NCBI GenBank assembly: GCA_025839675.1
Contig: CP104013.1
Span: 4,710,001-4,742,000 of the forward strand
Reading direction: 5' to 3'
Origin: Candidatus Lokiarchaeum ossiferum
GTDB taxonomy: Archaea > Asgardarchaeota > Lokiarchaeia > Sigyniarchaeales > Promethearchaeaceae
DNA: 32,000 nt
Part shown: piece after piece, positions 8,183 through 16,359 of the stretch
Layout: every line of letters starts with the position of its first letter
How positions within the stretch are numbered: position 1 is the first letter of the stretch
Notes under the pieces: generated by a model
What the model was told of the DNA's origin: nothing
Databases searched by the model: none
What the model saw: only the letters and a program-made list of their open reading frames with translations
Translations under genes and position numbers: made by a program

Positions 8183-8662
8183 ATGGCAGATAAAATTAAT
8201 TGGAAAATATTAGATGGTTCTGATTTAATCATGGGTCGATTATGCTCTCAAGTTGCAAAACTTGTTTTGTTAGGCGAGCATGTTTTGATTACAAACGCCA
8301 AAGATGTTGTTATCAGCGGTAGACGTAATGAAATTCTTGAAAAATATGTTCATTTGCGACATATAAGAAATTTATCCAATCCTCGAAGAGGACCATTCCA
8401 TTCAAGCCGACCAGATACTTTCTTACGACAAAAAGTTAAAGCTATGCTCCCAAAGAATGCTCGTGGTCATGAAGCTTTAAAACGATTACATGTGTATATT
8501 ACAGCAATTCCAGTAGTAAAAGCTGAAAAATATGCTAATCAAGAACCAATTGTTTTTGCAAATGCATCGGCAGAACGTCTCCGATCTAAATATATTACAG
8601 TTGAAGATGTATGTAATAATATGGGCTGGACCCGAAAACGTGGTCCTGGACAATCCGCATAG
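8183..8662 (+). CDS. rpl13: 50S ribosomal protein L13 (uL13)
   Basis: ILDGSDLIMGRLCSQVAKLVLLGEHVLITNAKDVVISG and MLPKNARG are uL13 signatures. I prefer the ATG at 8183, which follows GGTGA and lies after the L18e stop, over the TTG at 8165 in the ORF track. Confidence 0.9.
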   Translation: MADKINWKILDGSDLIMGRLCSQVAKLVLLGEHVLITNAKDVVISGRRNEILEKYVHLRHIRNLSNPRRGPFHSSRPDTFLRQKVKAMLPKNARGHEALKRLHVYITAIPVVKAEKYANQEPIVFANASAERLRSKYITVEDVCNNMGWTRKRGPGQSA

Positions 8663-8681
8663 GAGATATTAGGTGAAAATC

Positions 8682-9083
8682 ATGAAAATCATTCAAACAA
8701 GTGGAAAACGTAAAAGAGCGATTGCACGAGCAACTGTTCGTGAAGGTACTGGAGTTATTCGAATCAATGGGATTCCAGTGAATAAATTAACTCCTGATCT
8801 CGCTCGAATGAAAATTGAAGAATTATTAATTATCGTCCACGATGAAAAATTAGCTACTGTTAATATCGATGTTAAAGTTGAAGGCGGTGGCGCTTTAGGT
8901 CAAATTGATGCTGCTCGAATTGCTTTGAGTCGAGCTATTACTCAATTCTTAAAGAAGAAAACCGTTGTGAAAAACATCAAGGCATATGATCGAAGTATGC
9001 TTTCTGGTGATTCCCGACAAGTTGAAACTAAACATTGGGGTGGACGAAAAGCCCGAAAACGTTTCCAAAAATCCTATCGTTAA
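8682..9083 (+). CDS. rps9: 30S ribosomal protein S9 (uS9)
   Basis: GKRKRAIARATVREGTGVIRINGIP and the C-terminal GGRKARKRFQKSYR are classical uS9 sequences. I prefer the ATG at 8682, preceded by AGGTGA; the GTG at 8673 is an alternative. Confidence 0.9.
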   Translation: MKIIQTSGKRKRAIARATVREGTGVIRINGIPVNKLTPDLARMKIEELLIIVHDEKLATVNIDVKVEGGGALGQIDAARIALSRAITQFLKKKTVVKNIKAYDRSMLSGDSRQVETKHWGGRKARKRFQKSYR

Positions 9084-9132
9084 GATAGAATCCTTATTTT
9101 TTTTTATAGTTATTCCCACCGAGTTGATCCCC

Positions 9133-9996
9133 GTGAAAATTGACGTTTTTGAAAGAATTCAAAATAAAAACTTAGATATTGTTCGTTTTGTGTTAGATGG
9201 TGTTGGTGTCGAGCTTGCAAATGCCTTTCGCAGGATAGTTTTAACTGACGTTCCAAGTATGGCGATTACAGAAGTCCTTTTTATTGAAAATGATAGTGTT
9301 CTTTATGATGAGATGATTGCTCATCGGTTAGGATTAATCCCCATCACATCAGATTTAAAAAATTATAATCTACCTGAAGAATGTTCCTGCGGCGGTCAAG
9401 GGTGCACTTTGTGTCAAGCCCAACTTATGGCTGAAGTTCATGCTGACAACGGTGAACGGACTGTATATTCTGGTGATTTAGAATCAATGGATCCAAAGAT
9501 TCATCCTGTCAATGGTGATTTTATAATCGGAAAGTTAGGAAAGAAATCTTCTTTGGTATTTGAAGCCTATGCTCAACTTGGACGTGGTAAAGAACACGCT
9601 AAATTCCAACCTGTTTGCTCCATCGGATACAAATATTATCCTGATGTTGTGATTGATAATTCGTTATTTTCCTCAGAAGAAGAAATTGATGAAGTAATTA
9701 AAAAAGATCACACGCAATTATTCCAAAAAGTTGATGGAAAATTGGTCTTACCTGAAAATTATTGGCAAGGTCCAGATTTTACTGGATCTTGTGAAAAATA
9801 TTGCCCACCTGGTGCGGTTAAAGTGAACTATGTACCAAATAAATTTGTGTTTACCGTTGAAGGTTCGGGTGCAGTACCCTTAAAAGAAATTTTTGCCAAA
9901 GCTGTTGAAGTATTTCTTGAAAAAGTGGATGAATTTGAAGATCAATTAAGCAATATTCAAATTACCCAAAAAGTTATCGCAAAATATGAGAATTAA
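9133..9996 (+). CDS. rpoD: DNA-directed RNA polymerase subunit D (Rpo3)
   Basis: ELANAFRRIVLTDVPSMAITEVLFIENDSVLYDEMIAHRLGLIP is the conserved subunit D/RPB3 N-terminus. Cys clusters are present (CSCGGQGCTLC; CEKYCPPG). The start is uncertain between TTG 9124 and GTG 9133; the track start at 8986 overlaps the S9 gene. Confidence 0.85.
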   Translation: MKIDVFERIQNKNLDIVRFVLDGVGVELANAFRRIVLTDVPSMAITEVLFIENDSVLYDEMIAHRLGLIPITSDLKNYNLPEECSCGGQGCTLCQAQLMAEVHADNGERTVYSGDLESMDPKIHPVNGDFIIGKLGKKSSLVFEAYAQLGRGKEHAKFQPVCSIGYKYYPDVVIDNSLFSSEEEIDEVIKKDHTQLFQKVDGKLVLPENYWQGPDFTGSCEKYCPPGAVKVNYVPNKFVFTVEGSGAVPLKEIFAKAVEVFLEKVDEFEDQLSNIQITQKVIAKYEN

Positions 9997-10018
9997 TTTT
10001 TTTTCTCTTGTCTTTTTC
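9997..10018 (+). terminator. oligo-T transcription termination signal after rpo3
   Basis: A T8 run starts immediately after the TAA stop and is followed by a second T-rich stretch (ttttttttctcttgtcttttt). Archaeal RNAP terminates at oligo-T tracts. Confidence 0.35.
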
Positions 10019-10238
10019 TAAACTACCCCTTATTTCATTTATTCATTTTTGGCTCCATCAAGAAAGAAATGATCTTTGAGAGTATCAAATTTAAAATATA
10101 ATTTTAACAAAATCGTTGCCTTAAGGAATGGACCATGGGCATTTTTTCCCGCTTTTCCATTCTTTGATTGCCATTGGTTTCATTGCAGAAAGTATTTAAA
10201 TAAAGCGGTATGAAATTAATGCTAGAGAGTGCATTTTT

Positions 10239-11549
10239 ATGAATTTAATGAATGACATAGAAACTAGCGATCCCAAAATATCTGATATGATTTTGCGGGA
10301 ATTGAAACGTCAAGAAGAAGGTGTTGAATTAATCCCTTCCGAGAATTATACTTATCGATCTGTTATGCAAGCAGCTGGAAGTGTGTTCACAAACAAATAT
10401 AGTGAAGGATACCCTCATAAAAGATATTATGGAGGTAACGAGATTGTTGATGAATTGGAAACACTCGCCATAGAACGTGCAAAAAAATTATTCGGGTGTG
10501 AACATGCTAATGTGCAACCATACTCTGGATCACCTGCGAATCAAGCCGTCTATTTTGCTTTATTAAATTTGAAGGATAAATTCTTGGGATTTAATTTGAC
10601 ATCCGGAGGGCATTTAACCCATGGAAGCCATGTAAATTTCTCAGGCAAGAATTATACTTGTGTGAGTTATGATGTAGATCCCAAAACTGAAATGTTGGAT
10701 ATGGAAGTTGTCCGTAAAATCGCAATAAAAGAAAAACCAAAAATGATTATTTCTGGATTGACAGCCTATCCTCGAAAAATTGATTTTAAGGCATTTCAAG
10801 AAATAGCAGAAGAAGTTGATGCATATCACATGGCAGATATTTCTCATATTGCGGGATTAGTCGCAGGAGGTGTTCATCAAAGTCCTATTCCTTATGCCGA
10901 TGTTGTGACTACTACCACCCACAAAAGTTTACGTGGTCCACGTGGAGCTATAATTATGTGCAAGACAGAAGATCGTCTTCATGATTTATATCATGCAAAT
11001 TCTAAGAAAAATCTTGCTCAATTAATTGATTCGGCGGTGTTTCCTGGATTGCAAGGGGGTCCTCATGACAACGTGAATGCTGCAAAAGCTGTAGCATTTA
11101 ACGAAGCTTTAAAACCAGAATTTAAAACTTATGCAACCCAAGTTGTGAAAAATGCCAAAGCCTTGGCGGAAGAATTGATGGCTTTAGACATAAAATTAGT
11201 ATCTAATGGAACCGATAATCATTTAATCTTAATTGACATGCGTCCCGATGGGTTAACGGGTGAGGGTAAATTGATTCAAAACGCATTAGATGCGGCCGGA
11301 ATTACTGTGAATAAAAATACTGTGCCTTATGAGCCTTCAACTCCCTTTAATCCTTCTGGAATGCGGCTGGGGACTCCAGCAGTCACATCCCGAGGAATGA
11401 AAGAATCAGAAATGAAAGTAATCGCGGCTGGAATTGCAAAAGTTATTAAATCAAAAGGTGATAAAACCGTTTCTGCCAATGTTCATAAAGATATTCTTGA
11501 ATTGACTGCAAAATTTCCCTTATATCCGGGAATGTCTATTTTAAAATAG
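10239..11549 (+). CDS. glyA: serine hydroxymethyltransferase
   Basis: Matches SHMT along the full length: LIPSENYTYRSVMQAAGSVFTNKYSEGYPHKRYYGG, and the PLP-lysine motif TTTTHKSLRGPRG. Confidence 0.95.
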   Translation: MNLMNDIETSDPKISDMILRELKRQEEGVELIPSENYTYRSVMQAAGSVFTNKYSEGYPHKRYYGGNEIVDELETLAIERAKKLFGCEHANVQPYSGSPANQAVYFALLNLKDKFLGFNLTSGGHLTHGSHVNFSGKNYTCVSYDVDPKTEMLDMEVVRKIAIKEKPKMIISGLTAYPRKIDFKAFQEIAEEVDAYHMADISHIAGLVAGGVHQSPIPYADVVTTTTHKSLRGPRGAIIMCKTEDRLHDLYHANSKKNLAQLIDSAVFPGLQGGPHDNVNAAKAVAFNEALKPEFKTYATQVVKNAKALAEELMALDIKLVSNGTDNHLILIDMRPDGLTGEGKLIQNALDAAGITVNKNTVPYEPSTPFNPSGMRLGTPAVTSRGMKESEMKVIAAGIAKVIKSKGDKTVSANVHKDILELTAKFPLYPGMSILK

Positions 11550-11555
11550 TTTAAC

Positions 11556-11575
11556 TTTTTTTTATTATCTTTTTT
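11556..11575 (+). terminator. oligo-T termination signal after glyA
   Basis: T8 and T6 runs lie within 30 nt after the glyA stop, in a convergent intergenic region. Confidence 0.35.
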
Positions 11576-11665
11576 ATTATACAAAGAAAATACTATATTC
11601 ATCAAAGAGATATTACTCAATAAAACGGGTAAGAAAAGGTATAAAAAAATAGAATAAGAAAATTA

Positions 11666-12871
11666 TTATTTCTTATTATTGGCCGCATCTTCTAAGAAGG
11701 CACGGGCTTCAAAGATATTCAATTTGACACCTTTCTTGATTTTAACTTGAGCGTCCTCAAGGGTCATCTTGTGAATTTCTTTCTTAATTTTCTTCTTGTT
11801 TTGGTATTGAGCTTTTCGGGTAATACGCTTTTGTCGATTTAATTTTTGACTGGATTCAATCAAACGCTGGTGGTAGATGTCAGCAATATATCGATTTTCG
11901 TTCAATTCTCTTTGTAATCCCCGTTTTTCATTTCGTAACTCATCCATTTCTTTGGAAACATCTAAGTATAATAAATGGTAATTTTGAGATTCTTCAGCGG
12001 TTTCTCGAAGGGTATCATTGGTTTGTTTTAAATCTTCACGGTAAGATCGAATGTTATCAATTTGATCTTTGAATTGTTTTGGTTTTTGATTTTCTTTCAA
12101 CAATTCTTGTAATTGTCGTTCCAATTTATCAATTTCATCAACGATTTGATTTTCTTCTTTTAATTCTAAATCTTCAGTCTCAATCTTCTTTTCTAATTGA
12201 TCGATTCGTCGCCGTAATCGACTAATTTGGGTTCCCACGCCCTTTCGCTTCTTAGGATCATCAGATTTACGTGCTTCTGATTTAGCATCCTTTAACGAAT
12301 TGCGGGAATCATTAAGATTTTCAGAGATGTTATTTTTAGATTTTTTAATATCTTGAACCTTTTTATTTAAGGTATCGCGTTTATTGCGATAGTCAAGAGC
12401 TTGAGTACGAACGTTGGAAATTTCAATTTGGATTTTTTTTATCTTATTAATTAATTCCCGTGTTTCGTTATTATGAGCATCACGTTTTGCTTTTAATTCG
12501 CCAACATCGTCGATACGTTCAACTTCTTGGACGATCTTTTTAAGTTTAGGCGATTTACTGAGATCAATCTTTGGTTGTTTTCTCTTTTTCTTACCTTTTT
12601 TACCCTTTTTATCTGCTGTACTTTCTTTTTCCTTAGGTTCTTTTACAGCTTCAGGTTTTTCATCGTCTTCATCTTCTTTTTCTTCTTCGTCGTCTCCGTC
12701 GTCTTCTTCATCGTCATCTTCTAAGACGTCATCAACTTCATCATCAAGAGTTTCTTGGTCAACGTCTTCTTTAACTTCGTCATCTTCGGAAACGTCTTCA
12801 ACAACTTCAGATTCTTCTTCAGAAGGAGCTTCTACTTCTTCAGCTTCTTCTTTTTTCTTTTTACTAACCAT
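11666..12871 (-). CDS. coiled-coil protein with extremely acidic N-terminus and Lys-rich patch (resembles the uncharacterised archaeal coiled-coil family, COG1340-like)
   Basis: 401-aa ORF. Residues 1-75 are almost pure D/E, followed by KKGKKGKKKRKQPK and then about 280 aa of heptad-like sequence. The C-terminal KIKKGVKLNIFEARAFLE resembles the tail of archaeal COG1340 proteins as I remember them. Confidence 0.55.
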   Translation of the reverse strand: MVSKKKKEEAEEVEAPSEEESEVVEDVSEDDEVKEDVDQETLDDEVDDVLEDDDEEDDGDDEEEKEDEDDEKPEAVKEPKEKESTADKKGKKGKKKRKQPKIDLSKSPKLKKIVQEVERIDDVGELKAKRDAHNNETRELINKIKKIQIEISNVRTQALDYRNKRDTLNKKVQDIKKSKNNISENLNDSRNSLKDAKSEARKSDDPKKRKGVGTQISRLRRRIDQLEKKIETEDLELKEENQIVDEIDKLERQLQELLKENQKPKQFKDQIDNIRSYREDLKQTNDTLRETAEESQNYHLLYLDVSKEMDELRNEKRGLQRELNENRYIADIYHQRLIESSQKLNRQKRITRKAQYQNKKKIKKEIHKMTLEDAQVKIKKGVKLNIFEARAFLEDAANNKK

Positions 12872-13032
12872 TTATTTAGGCACCCAAAATAACCATGATT
12901 CATTATGGTTTCTGACAATTTATTTCTCTCACAACAAAAATTTTATGAAAAAAGAGTTGTAAGATCAAGAAATTTTAGTCGAAGAAAGCCTTTTAAGTTT
13001 TCGATTTTTTCTCAAGGGCTTAAGTAAAATTT

Positions 13033-14484
13033 ATGATTTTTGCTACTTTACACCTTTTAATGACAGTTATACAAGATGGTGATTTGATCTTCATTGTTCA
13101 CGATAAACGGAGACAATGGGTGAGAAAAGTCCAGGCTAAACAGCAATTTCATTGCGATAGGGGATTTCTACGTTATGATGATATCATTGGAAAACCTTTC
13201 GGAGAAACTTTTTTACTCCAACCTAATAACCATAAAGTTGCATTATTAAATCCATTACCTGGTGATATCATTTCACACATGAAACGTCAAAGCCAGATTA
13301 TTTATCCTGAAGATATTGGATTAATTTTAACTTCTAGCGGTATTCATCTAGGTTCCAAAGTGATTGAAGCTGGAACTGGGAGTGGAACTGTGAGTAGTGT
13401 TCTGGGAATGTTTTGCGGAAAAACAGGAAAGGTAAATACCTTTGATATTCGGGAGATTGCTTTAGATCAAGCCCGAAAAAATATTGCTCAGATGGGGGCT
13501 GATGGTGTGGTTTCTGCTCAATTTGGTAATATTATTGAAGATAATTTTGAATTCTCGAATATTGATTTTGCTATGTTAGATCTTGCTACTACATGGTTAG
13601 CTGTTCCAAAAGTGCTTCCATATCTGTCTGATAATGCTCGAATTTGCTTATTTAGTCCCACTCTTGAACAAGTAAAGAAAAATAATCAAGTTTTAGGCGA
13701 ATATAATTTCAATAATATAATAACCATTGAAATGATGAAGCGAACTTTTCAAGTGAAACCAAATGCAACCCGTCCTCACGGAAGAATGATTGGACATACC
13801 GGATACCTAACATTTGCCAATCGAGATACAAATTCCTTATATTCTTCTGCCTTTTCTGAATATATAACTCCTGAAAATCTTGGAAATTTATTTGTGTATG
13901 GGGGGATTGTTCCAGGGATTAAATTGTTAGTTGTGAGTTCTGAAAAATCTTCATTGGTAGAATTAATAAAATATTATTTTAAAGAAGGTGTTGAGTTCAT
14001 TAAAATTCCTAAGACTTATCCTCCAAACGAAGTATCAACATTCATTAAATCGGCTTGTAAGGTGTTTTCTACAAACTCCTTTAATAGCATTTTGATTGAT
14101 AATCTTTCTTTACCTGATTTAGTATCTGTTTTGCACCCCCTATTGCTTCCAGGGGGGGCGATGTGTGCTCTAAGTGCTTACGTTGAAAATATGAAAATGA
14201 TCTTTGATCAATTAATGGAGCTAAAATATTTTGAATTAACATCCTCAGAATTGATTAAACGGCAAATTCTTGTTGAAAACGATGGGTCTTCAACTCACTC
14301 TTCTCTATTACCAAGTACCGGTTATATAACTGTGGGAAGAAAAGTGATCGATAAACATCCCTATAAAGCAAAACCTGTTCCAAAAAATGAGTTTGTAGAT
14401 ATTGCAGTTGAAGTTGGCCTCAATCTAAAAGAAACGTTACCTGAAGAAAAAGAAAAGGTTGATTACGCCAATTTACGTGAATAG
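13033..14484 (+). CDS. trmI: tRNA (adenine-N1)-methyltransferase TrmI/Gcd14 family, fused to a second TrmI-like domain with a degenerate SAM motif
   Basis: The N-terminal half has the Gcd14 beta-domain, SAM motif I VIEAGTGSGTVS and the C-terminal GHTGYLTFANR. Residues ~279-437 repeat the same layout (PENLGNLFVYGGIVPGIKLLVVSSEKSS ... STGYITVGRK) without the GxGxG loop. The start may be the ATG at 13060. Confidence 0.8.
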   Translation: MIFATLHLLMTVIQDGDLIFIVHDKRRQWVRKVQAKQQFHCDRGFLRYDDIIGKPFGETFLLQPNNHKVALLNPLPGDIISHMKRQSQIIYPEDIGLILTSSGIHLGSKVIEAGTGSGTVSSVLGMFCGKTGKVNTFDIREIALDQARKNIAQMGADGVVSAQFGNIIEDNFEFSNIDFAMLDLATTWLAVPKVLPYLSDNARICLFSPTLEQVKKNNQVLGEYNFNNIITIEMMKRTFQVKPNATRPHGRMIGHTGYLTFANRDTNSLYSSAFSEYITPENLGNLFVYGGIVPGIKLLVVSSEKSSLVELIKYYFKEGVEFIKIPKTYPPNEVSTFIKSACKVFSTNSFNSILIDNLSLPDLVSVLHPLLLPGGAMCALSAYVENMKMIFDQLMELKYFELTSSELIKRQILVENDGSSTHSSLLPSTGYITVGRKVIDKHPYKAKPVPKNEFVDIAVEVGLNLKETLPEEKEKVDYANLRE

Positions 14485-16233
14485 TGAGAATTGTTGAGAC
14501 AATCCGCAATACGGGCAAATATCCCATTCATTTGAAATCAATTGGTGGCATTTACGGCATTTTTTTATTTTAATATCTCCACATTGAGGGCAGATTTCAA
14601 AATCCGTTTTTAAATCATAGCCACAATTATTGCATTGATAATCTGCTTTATATCCCCAGTTTGGATTTATTTTTAAGATTGAAGAATTTGATTTGGAGGA
14701 CAACTTTTTATTAAAATTTTGTATTTTTTGATGTCCAAAAGTTGTTATTGAAATAAATTGCGACGATCCACTTTTATAACGAAGAGGATCAGATACAGAA
14801 ATAAGTCCAAACTCCTCAGCATAGTCAACAATATTCTGCATTTTCATATTTAGGTCATTTAACGATTGGGATGGAAATAATTTAAGCAACGATTTTTCAA
14901 ACATCTGTGATTTAAGAGCATATTTTTGAGATCTGGAACTGATACCATGTAAAAAATCACGGATGATATCATGATTTAGAAATTTGGCTATCATGAATTT
15001 TCGAAAGATTTTTGGTGATGTAAGGGACATAAATTCTTCAGAAATTGAGAAGGATTGAATTTTATGATAGCATTTTGGAACCCATTTGTACCATGTGTTG
15101 ATTTGATTTTTAAATGAAATTGTTGCTTCTAACTGTCCTTCAAGTCCTGAAGCTGATGAAAAATGGGGTATAATTAAACCCCATTGAATTCCATCTATCA
15201 AAGCTTTTGCAATTATTTCTTCAGAGAGATCCACGAAAATTTTCAGTTTTCTGGGTGAATCTATTTGGTTTTTAGCGGAGAGAGCATGAATTACACTATA
15301 AAATGTGTTGTAGGATACAAATGGAAGCCACAAATGAGATTTTGATTTTATTTGATCCCAAAAGATTGTTTCCTCTAAAGATCTTTGGGCAAATCGTTCT
15401 AATTCTGGGATTTGAGAGGGTTCAAGAGGAGGTTGAGCATTCCACATATTTATAATCATGGCTGTTGAACTGAAATTCTTAGATATAGTGATTGTATCTT
15501 GGATATCTGGGTGGGATTGTAGAAAAGAATCTTCCCTATCTCGACGTTTTATTGGATCGGGGGTTGCTATGATTGCTATTGAAGATTCAAATTGCATATC
15601 ATCTGAATATAGAGTATTGGGTTTCAAGATTTCTTGATCGAGTTCAAAGTTATTCTCTATATTCTTACTTGTAATACGAGTAACCTTCGTTTGTGATATT
15701 TTTTTTATTGTTGGAGTTGGTATCTTACTTTGAGCAATAATTGGATGTTGATTAATTGCTTGAGATTTTGGATTTGATTTCAAAGCTGAAGATTGAAGTG
15801 CTTGTTCCCTCAGTTTTCGTTCAAAAAGTTTCTTTTCTTCTTCAGCTTGTTTTTTAAGACGGAGAATTTCATTATCTTTTTGTTGTTCAGCAATTTTTTG
15901 TTTCTTTCGCTCTTCTTTTAATAATGTAAGTTCTTCTTCTTGCTTTTTTTTAAGAGCTTCCTTTTTTTTAAGTTCACTATCTTTTACTTCTCTCTGTTTT
16001 CGTTGCAATTTTTCCATTTCTCGCTGTAAAAGATCGCGTTCTTCCTGTTTTCGTTTTTCTTCTCTTTGTCTTTGTTTTTCTAAGTACGATTGTTGAGGAT
16101 CTACTCCTGCCTGAATCTCTTTATCTCTCTGATTTTTATCTTTTTCTTTACGATCACGTTCTGCAGTTGCATTTTGGCGTTGTTTGGCTCTCCTTCGTGC
16201 CAGTTCCAACGCCCTTTTTCGAGCATCTGACAT
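14473..16233 (-). CDS. hypothetical protein: N-terminal R/K/E coiled coil, central globular region, C-terminal double zinc ribbon
   Basis: 586-aa ORF. The C-terminus, CNNCGYDLKTDFEICPQCG...CRKCHQLISNEWDICPYCG, contains four CxxC pairs. Its 3' end overlaps the convergent trmI by 12 nt. Confidence 0.7.
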   Translation of the reverse strand: MSDARKRALELARRRAKQRQNATAERDRKEKDKNQRDKEIQAGVDPQQSYLEKQRQREEKRKQEERDLLQREMEKLQRKQREVKDSELKKKEALKKKQEEELTLLKEERKKQKIAEQQKDNEILRLKKQAEEEKKLFERKLREQALQSSALKSNPKSQAINQHPIIAQSKIPTPTIKKISQTKVTRITSKNIENNFELDQEILKPNTLYSDDMQFESSIAIIATPDPIKRRDREDSFLQSHPDIQDTITISKNFSSTAMIINMWNAQPPLEPSQIPELERFAQRSLEETIFWDQIKSKSHLWLPFVSYNTFYSVIHALSAKNQIDSPRKLKIFVDLSEEIIAKALIDGIQWGLIIPHFSSASGLEGQLEATISFKNQINTWYKWVPKCYHKIQSFSISEEFMSLTSPKIFRKFMIAKFLNHDIIRDFLHGISSRSQKYALKSQMFEKSLLKLFPSQSLNDLNMKMQNIVDYAEEFGLISVSDPLRYKSGSSQFISITTFGHQKIQNFNKKLSSKSNSSILKINPNWGYKADYQCNNCGYDLKTDFEICPQCGDIKIKKCRKCHQLISNEWDICPYCGLSQQFSLFT

Positions 16234-16359
16234 TTGATTACTCTTCCTCTATCATTATATCTCTCAACAAGCTGTAAGGGAAAAATTTCCTATTTGGATT
16301 TAATTTTTTAAAAAGATCGCAAAAAAAATAGATTAAAGAAAATCCAACAAGAAATAACA

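Noticed and set aside
8986-9132. N-terminal 46-49 codons of the ORF-track entry 8986..9996, overlapping the 3' end of the S9 gene
   Set aside because: The conserved Rpo3 sequence begins only around VKIDVFERIQ. The upstream part overlaps rps9 in another frame and has no similarity to subunit D. The true start is more likely TTG 9124 or GTG 9133.
10000-10238. 240-nt gap after rpo3, inspected for the rpoN (Rpo10) gene expected from conserved archaeal synteny, or for a small RNA
   Set aside because: Only a 17-codon minus-strand ORF (MAIKEWKSGKKCPWSIP) is present. There is no CxxC...CC zinc motif of Rpo10 and no convincing stem-loop structure. I treat it as the glyA promoter region.
12527-12724. 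Plus-strand 65-aa Phe-rich ORF
   Set aside because: It is antisense to the GAA/GAT/AAG-rich region encoding the acidic and Lys-rich N-terminus of 11666..12871. The poly-F/L translation is a compositional artefact.
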